From contig OX597823.1 of the NCBI GenBank assembly GCA_951406725.2, positions 38,130,001 through 38,194,000 on the forward strand: DNA of 64,000 bases, in the 5' to 3' direction. Each line of letters begins with the position of its first letter. The stretch's first letter is position 1. Both the position numbers and the translations under genes were made by a program. This DNA is from Octopus vulgaris (Eukaryota). The notes under the pieces were generated by a model. The model saw only the letters and a program-made list of their open reading frames with translations, had not been told where the DNA came from and did no database searches. Of this stretch, positions 11,589-24,400 are shown piece by piece.

Positions 11589-12875
11589 CAGGGGTTGGAC
11601 AAAATAATGGAAACACCTAGCATCATAGCATCGTAATTTTGAAATATCTATAAAACTGTCAAAAGCTTGTTTATTTTTATGTTTTTTGATTTATTATTAG
11701 TGTTGTTGAATATGTTTTGCTAAAATTGCAGCTACTTTTCAGATATTACCAGAAAAATAAATCAAAATTAATTAAAATGACAGATCTCTCAGACTTTCAA
11801 AGAGGTCAAATTGTTGGTGCTCATATGGTGGGCACTAGTGTAATGAAAACAGCCGGAATATTTGGGGTATCAAGAAGTACTGTCTCAAAAGTAATGACAG
11901 CTTGGAAACACCTTAAAATTTCAAACAAATTTATTTTAATATGAGGTAGGACAGACATTGGCAGTAATTACAGCCTGAATTGTACGACGTATGGTCTTGC
12001 ACAAAGTTTGAATTGTTTCCAAAGGAATTTTTGTCCATTCTTCAGCTAAAACAGTCTCCAGTTCTTGTAGTGATGATGGTGGAGGATATTGACTCCTTAC
12101 TTCTTTTCCCAAAATGCACCATAAATGTTCAATAATATTGAGATCTGGGGACTGTGGTGGCCAGATACGATGTTCAACTTCACTAGAATGTTCTTTATGC
12201 CATTCAGTAACAACTTTAGCTGTGTGAATTGGTGCATTATCATCCTGAGAGATTGCGTTTCCCTCCGGAAACAGCTCCACAACCATAGGATGAATTTGAT
12301 CAGATAAAATGCTTAAATAGTCTTGACTATTAATTCTGCCATGAAAGGAAACTATTGGGCTGACAGATTTACAAGATATAGCCCCCTCCCCCCAGATCAT
12401 CACAGATCCTCCTTCATGTTTAACAGTTAGAAGAAGGTAGTCTGGGTCAAATGCTTCTTTTAGCTGTCTCCACATGTGTACTCAGGCAGTGGTCAGAAGT
12501 AAGGTAAAGGATGAGCGCCCGAAAAAATGACATTCTTCCACTGCTCTAGGGATCGATTCTGTAGGTTTTTACTCCACTCTAAATGCTTTGCAATGTTTGT
12601 TTTTGAAAGTAGTGGTTTTCTGATTGCAGCCCTCCTGTGAAATCTGGCTTTGTGCAGCTCCTGGCGAACAGTTTTTGTGGAAACTGGGTTCTCGAGGTGG
12701 TCATTATGCTCTGCAGTAATTTTGGGAGCTGTACTTTTGTGATTCTTTCTAACAATTTGTGTAAGAGTCCGATGGTCCCTATCTGAAAGTTTTGGTTTTC
12801 TTCCAGAGTTTTGTTTCGATGAGGAGTTTTTCCCTCTTTCTCAAAGCTGTCATTACTATTGAGACAGTACTTCTT
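11589..12875. mobile_element. Tc1-like DNA transposon with an internal inversion
   Basis: TA followed by TIR caggggttggacaaaataatggaaacacct. The plus strand encodes the N-terminal HTH (MTDLSDFQRGQIVGA...GVSRSTVSKV). The rest of the transposase (GGSVMIWG, QDDNAPIH, WPPQSPDLNIIEHLW, DD34E type) is on the minus strand at 11936-12875. Confidence 0.9.
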
Positions 12876-13020
12876 TCAGTTTCTGTCTCCCAAATCCACT
12901 CACAAGGCTTTGGTTGGCCCGAGGCTATAGTAGAAGACACTTGCCCGAGGTGCCATGCAGTGGGACTGAACTTGGAACCATGTGGTTCATCAGCGAGGTA
13001 CTTACCACACAGCCACTTGT
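12871..13020 (-). mobile_element. tRNA-derived SINE (family B), 3'-truncated against the Tc1
   Basis: The minus strand reads gtggctgtgtggtaag...ggttccaagttcagtcccactgcatggcacctcgggcaagtgtcttc...gaaactgaaagaag. Confidence 0.85.
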
Positions 13021-13108
13021 TCGTGTGAGCGTGTGTGTTTGTATGTCTGTGTGTGTCTGTGTGTCTGTGTGTGTCTGTGTGTCTGTGTCTATGTGTGTAT
13101 ATATGTAT

Positions 13109-13143
<35 letters not shown>

Positions 13144-14169
13144 AACATAAATGTATGTATGTATAGGTCATCATCTGTTTATGCAAAACTATGCAAAGCA
13201 CCAAAGAGGAACAAAGAGGAAGTGTTAGAGAGGACACTGTTACAAGAATATTGTGTGTGTGAGAGTGAAGTATAAGTAGGAGTAGAGAAAAAGAAATATA
13301 AGAGAAAAAAAGGTAAATATCTTTGAGAATATTAAGAACTACACATATTTTCCACTGATCTTATTGTATTGTGATGTTCAATATTAGACAATTGATATAA
13401 GTCTCATGATATAATTACTAAATGCTTAAAGTATCAGATGGCTGCCATCTGCTCCTGTATTCTAGGCCATGGTTTTGCTTCTGCTGTAGATGTTTTATTA
13501 ACTCTCTTGGAAAATACCTTTCTTTTCTTGTCTAGAATTTCATATATATGATCAGGAACTCAAAATAGTTGAATGTTTGAATGAATAAAATATTGGTATT
13601 TCAGCTGCTAGGTTATGGCTTCAGGCTTAATTTAGAGCTATTATTTTCTAATTAGTTACACATTCACTAAATACTTCATTGTTAGCCAAACATTTGAAGA
13701 GAATATATTTCAGTCTTAATTAGTGAACTGGTGCAATAGTTCAGAAAAGAAGAGAAAACTGATAGCAGGGTTAAGCAATTTTATGGCTGAATAAAAGAAA
13801 CTTTTAACTAAAACTATAATTAAGACACTTCTAAAAACATCTTTGATAAAATCTCTGCTAACATAGAGAACAGAGTGATTTACTTGCATCATTTTAATGA
13901 TTAACACCTGTTTAAAATGGAGGAATATTATTATCTTATTACTGTTGCTTTAGTCCTAATTTTGTTTCGTTTACTCTCATTTCGGTATTTAAACAGGCTG
14001 TTGGTGTGTAGTCAACAAATTTGTTTCCCAACAACATGTGTGGCACCATAGGCAAGTGTCTTTTACTCTAGCCTTGGTCTGACCAAAGCCTCGTAACTGG
14101 ATTTGGAAGAGAGAAATTAAAACAAGCCTGTCATGTATGTATGTATATACATACATACAAACACACATA

Positions 14170-14710
14170 CAATTGTGGGTCTATGGCTATGACCCCAAAA
14201 CTGAAGAAAGCACAAATGAGGTGATTGTTCATCATGAGTATGCTTCTTTTGGTCAGACAGTAAATAAGGAGTACTACTGCAACGTTTTGTGGTATTTGCA
14301 GGATGCTATTCATCAGAAAAGGTCACAATTGCATGTGCCCGGTGAGTGGCACTTGTACTATTCAGCGCAACTTGTGGTGCAATTTTTGGCTAGGCATAGC
14401 ATACCCCAGGTCCGACAACCACTGTATTCCCCAGATCTTGTCCCTTGTGATTTTTCCCTCTTTCCAAAAATCAAATCCCACTTGAAGAAAATTTCAGGAT
14501 GTCAATGAAATTGAAGTGAATGTGACGAGGCAGTGCTGATTATCCCAGAAAAAGAGTTCCAGGAATGCTTCCATCAATGGAAACAGCACTGGATTAAGTG
14601 TGTGGCCTCTGAAGGGGACTACTTTGAAGGAGATTAAATACCAAATTTGTATGTGGTGTAGTTTTGTTTTTATAGCATCAGTTTGAATACTTATTGATCA
14701 GATTTTGTAT
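14170..14710 (+). mobile_element. Mariner transposase remnant (internally deleted)
   Basis: ORF 14137..14508 carries WVYGYDPKT and YSPDLVPCDFSLFPKIK. It is followed by decayed FHQWKQHWIKCVASEGDYFEGD and a TIR-like end. Confidence 0.85.
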
Positions 14711-15540
14711 ATATGTATACACACATACACACACACACAAACGTGTGTGTGTGTGTGTGTGTGTGCATGTGCATGCATGTGTGTATGTGTTTTATTGTCT
14801 CCTTATCTTGACATTGCATGATAGTTGTAAAGAGCCATTACTGTCAAACAAGCAGTGTCAATCATTTCCAATCTTCCATGAAAAATATGTCTGGTTATGA
14901 GGAAACAGAAAATCTACTTCAATAAATTCAGTCCAAACCATGCAAGCATGGAGAAGTGGATAATTAAATGATGATAATGATGAATTCTTCAGAAATCTAG
15001 AAGAGAAATGCTTTCTTTATTCCTTTAATTTTAGAACTGGCAGCTGGTCTGAGATATGTTTCCAAAGATCAGAACATGTTTTCATTAGAAATTTAACATG
15101 CAAAATATCAAATATCATCTTGAAATGAAATAGATTTTAATATGAAGAAGACAAGAAGAGCCGTGGGCTGGTAAAATCATTAGTATAACTGGCAAAATGT
15201 TTAGTGGTATTTTGTCTGTCTTTACATCCTGAGTTCAAATTTTGCCAAAGTTGACTCTGTCTTTCACTCTTTCAGTGTTGATAAAACAACCAGTTAAACT
15301 CTGGGGTTGATATAATTACCCTACCCACTCCCATGAAATTGCTGGCCTTATGCCAAGATTTGAAACCACCATGAAGAAGACAAGAGAATAGTATATCTTT
15401 ACTCTGTACAGAGTTTAGGATTTCATAATTCAGACTTCAAATTTCATCATGAAGAGAGGGAGAGGAACAGATCCTTATTATAAAAGATGTTTCAGTCATG
15501 ACCATCCCATTTTTTGTATATCAGAAATTATACTCTGGTT

Positions 15541-15838
15541 TGGGTGTTCCACTTATAGCCTTACATCAGTGAGTTCAATTCCTGGCAGTGCATTGTATCC
15601 TTGAGCCAGGCACTTTATTTCACATTGTTCCACCCCACTCAGATGGCGAAAATGAGTTGTGTCTGTATTTCAAAAGGCCAGCCTTGTCACATTCTGCGCC
15701 ATGCTGAATCTGCCTGAGAACTACATTAAGGGTATGTATGTTTGTGGAGTGCTCACTCACTTGCACATTAATTTCATGAGCTGTCTGTTCTGTTGATCAG
15801 ATCAACTGGAACACTTGTCATAACTGATGGAGTGCCAG
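15541..15838 (+). mobile_element. tRNA-derived SINE (family C)
   Basis: B box gagttcaattcc and body tgtatccttgagccaggcactttatttcac, shared with the copy at 26789. Confidence 0.7.
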
Positions 15839-15850
15839 TAGTATATATAA

Positions 15851-16289
15851 CCTTTTTGAAACCAATCTTTCTGAGATAAAAAAAAAAAACCCAAAAAATT
15901 CCCATTTTAACCCTTTCGTTACCAACTCGGCCCAAACCGGCTCTGGCTCTGTAGTATTAATGTCTTGTTTTCATAAGTTTTTCATTAAAATCTTCCACCA
16001 AACCTTAGTTGCAATTTATGTTCCTAACACTAGCTTAATGATAAGTAAGTTATTTTACTAAATTCTTTATAATATTTAAAATAATTGAAAGAAACACAGA
16101 GCGTCTCAAAAACAATATGGTAACAAAAGGGTTAAAGTGATCTAAATTAAAACCTTCCATCAAACTTTCTTGTTAATTTATGTTCTAAATACTATCTTAA
16201 TAATGACAGAGCTATTTTATTTAATTCTTCATTATTTTAAAAATTAATTGAAACAAAGGTAGTGCATTTCATCAGAAATAACGAAAGAG
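15851..16289. mobile_element. Older piggyBac-type MITE interrupted by a younger relative
   Basis: Degenerate ends (a)taa-cctttttgaaacca and taacgaaagag-ttaa. Segment 16136-16289 is homologous to 15985-16131. Confidence 0.6.
15911..16131. mobile_element. piggyBac-type MITE with TTAA target-site duplication
   Basis: TTAA-ccctttcgttacca...tggtaacaaaaggg-TTAA. Confidence 0.85.
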
Positions 16290-16959
16290 TTAAGCAGGTA
16301 AGTTATGTTTTTTAGAGATTTAGCGTCTATTTGTGCAAGTTCATTGACCGTATAAAAGCTCCCTTGTTGACCACTCTGAGACCAATCAACATACATTCAC
16401 ATCATCTTACACACAGAAGAAAGTATTGTTTGACAGCAATACAGAAGGCAAGCAAGACATTTGCTGAGAAACAACCCCACCCTTATCTGTTATATCTATT
16501 CCATTCCTTCAGAGATGTGGTTGGTGTAAAAGATGGCGTGAGGAAGAATGTGATGGTTAGTGGAAAAATGAAGAGCTAGCAGTGTTTTGGTTACATATAT
16601 TGATATACTTAGATAAGTACCCTTACTATAAGGCTTATCCTTCTTTATTTAATTTTAAATTAGTGGCTGCATGTATTTTAAAAAAATGGACTGATCTTTG
16701 ATAATGAACTTTTAATCATGTCAGTTTTAATTACATCCTTAAATAAATTCATAAAATTTAATAAAAATAGCATATATGATAAAAAAAAAATTGAAAGAAA
16801 TAGAAATAGAATGAAAGAGAAATTAGGAATTTTTCTTAGTGAATAAGGATAATAAAAATCAAATCCTCAATTTATATTTTTAAGCTGTTTATAGTTGTTT
16901 ATTTTCAGCCAGACTTTGCTATTTTTATTTCATTGTGTTTATAATGGAAATAAACAACT

Positions 16960-17370
16960 AAACAAATCCACCCTCTCACACTCTCTGTCACTCTTAATTT
17001 TTCCTTATTCTTTCTTTCACACACCCTTTTTTCTCACTCACATCTCTTTACATTTTTCTTTATGCACTCACTTCTCTCTTTCTCACATGCATCCTTTTCT
17101 CTTCCACTTTCTCTGTTCCTCACACACAGTATCTCTTTCTTTCACACGCCCTCTCTCTCTCATACACTCTCTCTTTCTTTCTTTCACATATCCCTCCCTT
17201 TCTCTCACACATACTCTCTCTTTCATTTCTTTTTCTTATGCTCTCTATTTTTTTTATTCCTCTCATACTTCCTCTTTCCTTCTCATATGCTCTCTCCCTC
17301 ACACCTGCCCTCTCTTTCCCATTCTCACATACCCTCTCTTTTTCTTTCTCCCACACATTTTCTCTGCTCA
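16960..17370. repeat. CT-rich low-complexity tract
   Basis: Degenerate (CT)/(CA) repeats. Confidence 0.85.
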
Positions 17371-17599
17371 CTGAATTCAATTTGATGTTTATCAAAATCA
17401 TCTTCTGTAATTTCAAAAAAATAATTCTAATAAACAAAAAGGTAAAATAATAAAAATGTGACAAAAACAGAAAAAACAACAAAAATATAAATTTTAAAAT
17501 TCCTTCTAGTTTTTCTTTTTTTTTTGTGTTGTTGCTATCGCTGTTGTTGCCGTCTCAGATTAAATGATTCCAGCTATGACCATCCTGTCTTTTTATTCA

Positions 17600-17800
17600 T
17601 TAACACTTTTCTTACAATATTTTTGTTAAAATATACTGTTTTTACTTAAATTCATTTTGAAAATAATGAAGAATTTACTAAAATAATTGTAATTATTAAG
17701 TTAATAGTATTTGGAAAATAAATTAACATGAAATTTTGATAGAAGGCTTTAACTGAGATCATTTCAAAACAGGAAGTTTGTATCAAAGGACTAAGGGGCA
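17600..17800 (-). mobile_element. Decayed copy of the same piggyBac-type MITE family
   Basis: Reverse-complement similarity to 16136-16293 (aaataaattaacatgaaattttgatagaagg versus ccttccatcaaactttcttgttaatttatgtt). Confidence 0.55.
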
Positions 17801-17924
17801 TTGTTGCTGTTGTTATCATTGCAACTGTTATTCATGCTGTTCTTGTTCATGTTACTGATAAGATTAAGATGACATTTGGTAATATTTGAATAGAAGCAGC
17901 TGGTTATGTTACGATTAAGAATAT

Positions 17925-18790
17925 TGGTGGAAGTAGTGCTGATGCTGGTGATGATGGCAATGGTGGAAATGGTGATGATAATGATGGTAGCTGTGGTATT
18001 GATGATGATGATGATAGTTGTGGTGGTGGTGGTGGAGTGGGTGATGATGACAGTGATTATAGTGATGGTGATTGTGGTGTTAGTAGTTCGGTGATTGCAT
18101 TGATGGTGGTGGTGGTGGTTTTGGTGGCAGTGGTGGTGTGGTGGCAGTGGTGGCAGTTGTCGTGATGCTTGTGCCATTGGTAATTGTGATATAGGTTGAG
18201 GTAGTGATGGCTGTGTTAGTGGATGTGGTGATGGTTGCAGTTGGTGGTGGTGGCTGAGCGGAGGAAATAAAAAGGAAACAAATCACCAAAAAGAAAAAGA
18301 AATCTTCAGCTGTTTTACTACAAGCACCACCACCTACACCATCTTCTTTTCATTAGTATCATGATCCTCTTCCTCCTCATCATCATAATCTTAACCACCA
18401 ACACCACCATTATCACCAATATTATCAGCATTCTCACCACCACTGCCGTCACCACCACCAAAACCACCACCACCCACCACCACCACCACCACCACCACCA
18501 CCACCACCACCACCACAATCTTATTTAGAACTATATTGTCACAGTTGTCAATGCAACAGCCATTGCCAAGCACTCTAACCATAATTACAATCACCACAAC
18601 AACTACAACTACAGTCACCACCACCACCAACACCATTGCTGCTGTCACCGCTGCAATCTCCATCAACACCACCACCGCCACCACCCTACAATTATAGGTA
18701 CCATCAGAAATGAAACCACCACCTGCTACAACCAACACCACCACCACCACCACTACAGCTAAGAACTCTAATATCACTAACATAACAACT
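17925..18790. repeat. Degenerate (GGT/GAT)n tract followed by a degenerate (ACC/ATC)n tract
   Basis: Direct reading. The strand bias switches at about 18260-18320. Confidence 0.85.
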
Positions 18791-19481
18791 AGTACTAGCT
18801 AAACCTTCTTCAAATCACAATCTGCCATCAAAGAAAATGAAGAATACATTGGTTTAATGTAGTTCTAGATATACAAGGATGGTCATAACTGGAATGTCTT
18901 TAACCACAAGTTTACTGATTAGGATTGGTATGGACTAAACAACAACATGAATATCAACAAGAACCACCACCACCACCACCACCAATATCAATTATGATAT
19001 AAAACTGGATTTGCAAGAATAATTTAAAATTTAATTATGGTAGTTAAGTTTATTACACTGATTCTTATACCTGCCTACCTGCCTGATTGCCTGCATACCT
19101 GCCTAATATCTACCTATCTACCTACTTATCTACCTATATATGATGATGATGATGATGATGATGATGATATAGTCTCTTGTAGTCCAAGAAAGATGGTTCT
19201 GTAATTTGCTGAACAACCTGCACACATGATTTGTTTATAGTGATCATATGTATGTGCTGTACTTTAGCTCTCTCCCTCCATTAAATTGCCATTGCCTGAA
19301 CAAGTGTACTGTGTACCATGCATCAGGTATCAAAGTGATTGCAGAGCAATGTGAGATGAACCGTGAGCAATGTGAGAGGAAGTGAAGCCACGTTCACACG
19401 ATTGTGAGTACAACACACTAATCACTAGGCATACACCTTCATATATATACATATATGTGTGTGTGTGTGTGTGTGTGGATC

Positions 19482-19850
19482 TTCATCGTCATCACCATCA
19501 TTTAGCGTCTGCTTTCCATGCTGGCATGGGTTAGACAGTTTGACTGGAATTGATAAACTGGAGAGCTGCACCAGGCTCCAGTCGGATTTGGCATAATTTC
19601 TATGGCTGGATGCCCTTCCTAATGCCAACCATTCCAAGAGTGTAATGGGTGCTTTTTACATGTCACCAGCATGGGTGCCAGTTACGTGACACTGGCATTG
19701 GCTACAACAACGATTTCACTTGGCTTGATGGGTCTTCTCAAGCATGGCATATAGCCAACAGTCTTGGTCACTTGTCATCACCTCTATGAGGCCCAATGTT
19801 TGAAGGGTACTTTTTACATGCCACCAGCATGGGTGCCAGTTATGTGACAC
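19482..19850 (-). mobile_element. Short RTE 3'-end fragment
   Basis: RTE tail tttagcgtctgctttccatgctggcatgggtt...gctggatgcccttcctaatgccaacc, plus the ORF end gggtcttctcaagca. Confidence 0.8.
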
Positions 19851-20599
19851 TAAATCATCATCATCATCATCCTATGCAACTTCAAGTTTTGTAGGCTTGT
19901 AGATTGAATTTAGCATGTCAGGCATCTAGAAAGAGTGTAAAAGGATGAGACAAATTCAATATGGTCTCAAGAAGTTAGGCCTCTATTGGTTAACTCAAAT
20001 CAGGAGAAACAACAATAATTGATGCTGCATCAATTATTTTCTTTGCATTTTGGTCCATGTGGTCAGACAGGATGTTAGCAGGTAGTTGTCACTGCTAAGT
20101 TTGGAAGCTGTGGTATAGTTCACTTAGTGACACAGTTTGCTGCATTAGATGCTACATGTGACAGTGTGAGGTGTTGTTCCAGGCTAGTGGAGAAGACTGT
20201 GGGAACAAATTTGGCAATTTTTGACAAAATATGTACCCTTTTACCAAGTTATAACAAAAAGTTAGTGAAATATTTAAAATGTTTACAGTTGGATAGATAG
20301 ACAAATATAACAAAATAATTTAATAAAAAATGTGAATTTTTAATTATTTTCTGAGATTTTACAAAAACAACAAAAATATTTTTTAATTATCTTTTGCAGC
20401 AACAGCCTTTCTGTGAGTGTAACCAGATTTGAAAATGCTGGATTAATATTTAGTGGTAGTAGGTTGGATTGTCAGCATGGATTTAATTTAGTTTATACAT
20501 GTGGCAGGAGTTAAGTACCATGCTATTGTGTATAGAACAGCCAGGCCTAAGGTGGTATAACTGGATTGTCGGTTACCAGCGGCTTGAAGTTCATTAACA

Positions 20600-21200
20600 A
20601 GACATACCACTGGTGGCAACAATGAAATAGTTCATTCTTTCTGTTGATTGATATAGGTTGATGGAGTATGTGTCATCTCCTGCAAAGGCAGAGTTGGTAA
20701 TAACAAGTTTCAGATGAATATGGGGTGGTTCTATCAATGATATTTCTTTGATGTTAAGGAAGTCATTCTGATAGCCATGGAGTCTACTTAAAACTGGACA
20801 GGGTGGTAGAGGTATCTCTATCCCTGCATCTGAAGGAGTTATATGCTGTGTCTACCTTCGCTTGAAGTCATTGGCTATCATGCCCATGTAGTGTAAGTGA
20901 CTCTATAGAGCACAATTCTTGAGAGACAGGATCCTCCCAGTGGGATGTTGATAATATTTAGACAGTTACAGGTTGGGGGTGAATACTGGAGGCTGTGCAG
21001 GTATGCATATGTTTCTATTGTAATGTGTAATGTTGTCTAAGTAGATGTATCTGACCTTGGCATTATGGGGGTTGAAAAGTTCATAATGTTTATGGATTCT
21101 TGGGAAATGTTTTTAATTAGTGTCAGGGAGCCCTAAGTTATGTTGGTTGAAACTTCTAGGTTAAATGGAGCATTTTCTCCATTGCCAAAAGCTATTTGGT
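20600..21200 (-). mobile_element. Highly decayed Penelope-like element (linker and GIY-YIG region)
   Basis: The minus strand gives broken peptides ...KHFPRIHKHYELFNPHNAKVRY... and IIDRTTPYSSETCYYQLCL. These parallel HFPVNHTYRKLFNRHNLKISF and ILARCKPY...CGLC in the 60 kb element. Confidence 0.55.
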
Positions 21201-21419
21201 GGCTATCAAGAGTTTTCTTTCCATTTCCTCAATTGTATTTATTCACCCCCACTAATATTGCACACCTATGAAGGATTTATGGGAGTGAAGGAAATTGTAA
21301 TTCTTGCTGCAGCCAATACCTGTTTACACTATGCACAAGGACCTGCTGCCATAGGTAAGCAATTGAAGATTATTTCTTTCTAGATGCTGAAAACTCCTTA
21401 AACTATCCCCCTCTACTCC

Positions 21420-24400
21420 CTAGCTCTACAAACTTAGAGCTGCTACAATCATCATTAACACAATGAAAGGTAGGCCTTGCAAGGTTGTTGAAATCCTTGA
21501 GCAGAGGTATGTAGATGTGTACTGGATGCAAGAAATACAATGGAGAGGAGCCTCAGCTAGGTTGCTTGTGGGCAAAGAACACAGATACAAAATCTGTGTG
21601 GGCTGCAGTGATGGATAGGTTGTGTAGGTATTCTTCTAGCAGATAAATTAGTCAATAAGGTGACTGAAGTAGTCAGAGTGTGTAATAAGATTATTAAGCT
21701 AAGAATAGGCTTGTTTAATGTAATAGTGACATCTTCGCATATGCTCCACATGTCAGACTGGCAGTTGTTCAGAAGGATCATTTCTATGAATCCCTTCTGT
21801 AAACTAACTCAATAACAAAAGGTGACTTCAATGGTCATGTTGGGAAGCACTTTGATGGATTTCAGGGCGTTCATGGAGATTACAGCTTTGGTTCTAGAAA
21901 TGAAGAGGGAACAAAGCTGCTGGAGTTTTGTGATGTAAATGACTTGCTGGTCTGCAATGCTATCTCCAGGAAACCTGGCAGTCAACTGATCACTTATCAA
22001 TCTGGAGAGCACACACCCAGATTGATTACATTCTCACCAGAAACTAGGACAGGCTGCTGCTCATAAACGTAGTCTTACCTTGGTGGAGAATGTGCACCAC
22101 AACATAGTTTAATGGTTAGAGATTTTGGACATAGGGCTAGAAGGACCAGAGATGCAAACCAATATGGAAAAGGAGGTCATGGAAGGTCAAGGATCCTTCA
22201 AATGGGCAGAGGTTTAGAGATGTTCTAAATGAAACATTTAATGAGAAGGAAGAAGAGACATATGACATAAAGGATACCTGTAAATTCTTACAGGATAATC
22301 TACCAAGGGTGACAGACCAACTTTGTGGTTGGAGCAAAGCTTCTGCCAGATCAAGGGTGATATGGTAGTCTAACAATGAGGTTGACAGAAACATAAAAGT
22401 GAAGAAACAGGTTTGGAAAGAGTGGAAAAGTTGGGGTAGGAAAGAACCATGTCAGAAACTAAAAGAGAAGCAAGGTAATGGGTTTATCTAGCAAGGGTAG
22501 AACAAAAAGGAAGAGGTTTGCTAAAGTCTTACAGCATGAAGATCAGTGACTTAAGGTGTTCTGTATTGATAAACAGTGTCAAAGAGAATCAAGATATTGT
22601 GGGAAAGAAGTGTGTAGGAATGGATAATGGTATGCTTGCACTTAGTGATTCTAAAATGAAAGAGGTGTGGAATAGCTACTATCAAAGTTTATTAAATGTG
22701 GAGAATAAATGGGAGAAAAGGAGTCTTTCCCTTGTGAATTCAACAGAGGGACTAGCTATCCTAATTGATAACAGTATGGTAGATAAGGCAATTAACGATA
22801 ACAATACATGGGAAGCCTCTAGTCCATCAGTAGTTACCATGGAGATGTATAAAATATCTGGTAGAGTAGGATACTGTCTAGTCACCCATATTGTTTATCA
22901 GGTTATTCAGGAAGATGTAAGCCCCAATGACTTGTGTAGCAGCATTATAATCAGCTGTTACAAGGGTATTGGAGATTCCTTAGATAAAAGTAATTATAGA
23001 AACATCAAATTGCTGGAACAGGTGATGAAAGTTATGGAGAGAGTTGTAACCCAATTGATTAGGAACACAATTAAGCTAGATGAAATGTTGTTTGGCTTTG
23101 TGCCAGGGAGATGCACTACTGGTGCTATTTTCATAGTCAAGCAACAACAAGAAAAGTATGTAGCTAAGAAACTGTTATACTTGGTATTTGTTGATCTGGA
23201 GAAAGCCTTTGATGGGGTACCTTGCTCTGTGATATGGTGGTCTCAGAGGAAGCTGGAGATAGAAGAATGGCTTGTGAAAGTGGTACAAGCCATATACAGG
23301 AGTACTGTTAGTAAGGTAAGAGTTAGCCAAGAGTACAGTGATGAATTTAGTGTATAGGTGTTCATCAAGGCATGGTTCTCAGCACCCTCCTATTCACCAT
23401 TATCTTTCAGACCATAACAGAGGAGTTTAAGACTGGATGCCCATGTAAATTACTAAATGCTGATGATTTTACTCTCATAGCAGAATCTGTAACAGAATTA
23501 GTAAATTAGTAAAGACATTCCAGGTGTGAAGCAAAACCTTAAATCAAAGTGTCTTAAAGTTAACTTAGCAAAGACCAAGTTCCTAGTAAGCAAGGAAACT
23601 AACAGGACCCTATCTATCTTAAGGAAAATGGCCCTGCTTGATATGTAGGAAAGGTGTAGGTAAGAACTCCATTTGGTGTACCCAGTGGAAGTTATGGATA
23701 CACAAGAGGTGCAGTGAAATAGTTGGAAGGTTAGCAGAGAAAGTAGTGTTCATGTGTGGAAGATACACAGAAGTCACAAAGTTTACTGATACATGGAAAA
23801 CTAATTTTCTTGTATGACCCATAGGCTCTTTAGAGATTGGGGATGATTTCTGTGGCCTAGGTAACCTAATTAGCTGTGGAGGACGATAGGGTTTCCAAAA
23901 GTATAATTGCTAGAATAAAAATGGGATGGAAAAATTTTAAAGAGCTTTTACCCCTGTTGGTATTCAAAGGTCTCTCACTTCAAGAAAAAGGAAGTTTGTT
24001 TGAAGTTTGTGTACAAACTGCAATGCTAGATGGTAGTGAGATATGGGCTCTAAATGCAGAAGACATGTAGAAACAAAGAAGGAATGAAGCTAGTATGCCC
24101 CATTGGATGTGCAATGTCAGTGTACACGAAAGACTGTGTGTTTGTGTATTGAGAGAAAAGTTAGGCATAAGAGGAATTAGCTGTAGTGTGAAGGAGGAAA
24201 GATTGTGTTGGTTCGATCATGTGATGCATATGGACCAGGACAGTTGCATAAAGATCTGCTGATCACTTAAATTAGATGGAACTTGAGGAAGAGGGACATC
24301 CAGGAAGATGGGGACGAAGTATTAAGGCTAATCTCAAGATGCTGAGCCTCAAGGAAGAAATGACAAAGGATCAAGATATCTGGTGCTTTGCTGTACTTGA

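Noticed and set aside
13716-13907. 63-aa ORF after a splice-acceptor-like site
   Set aside because: It has no homology, AT-rich composition and no supporting neighbouring exons.
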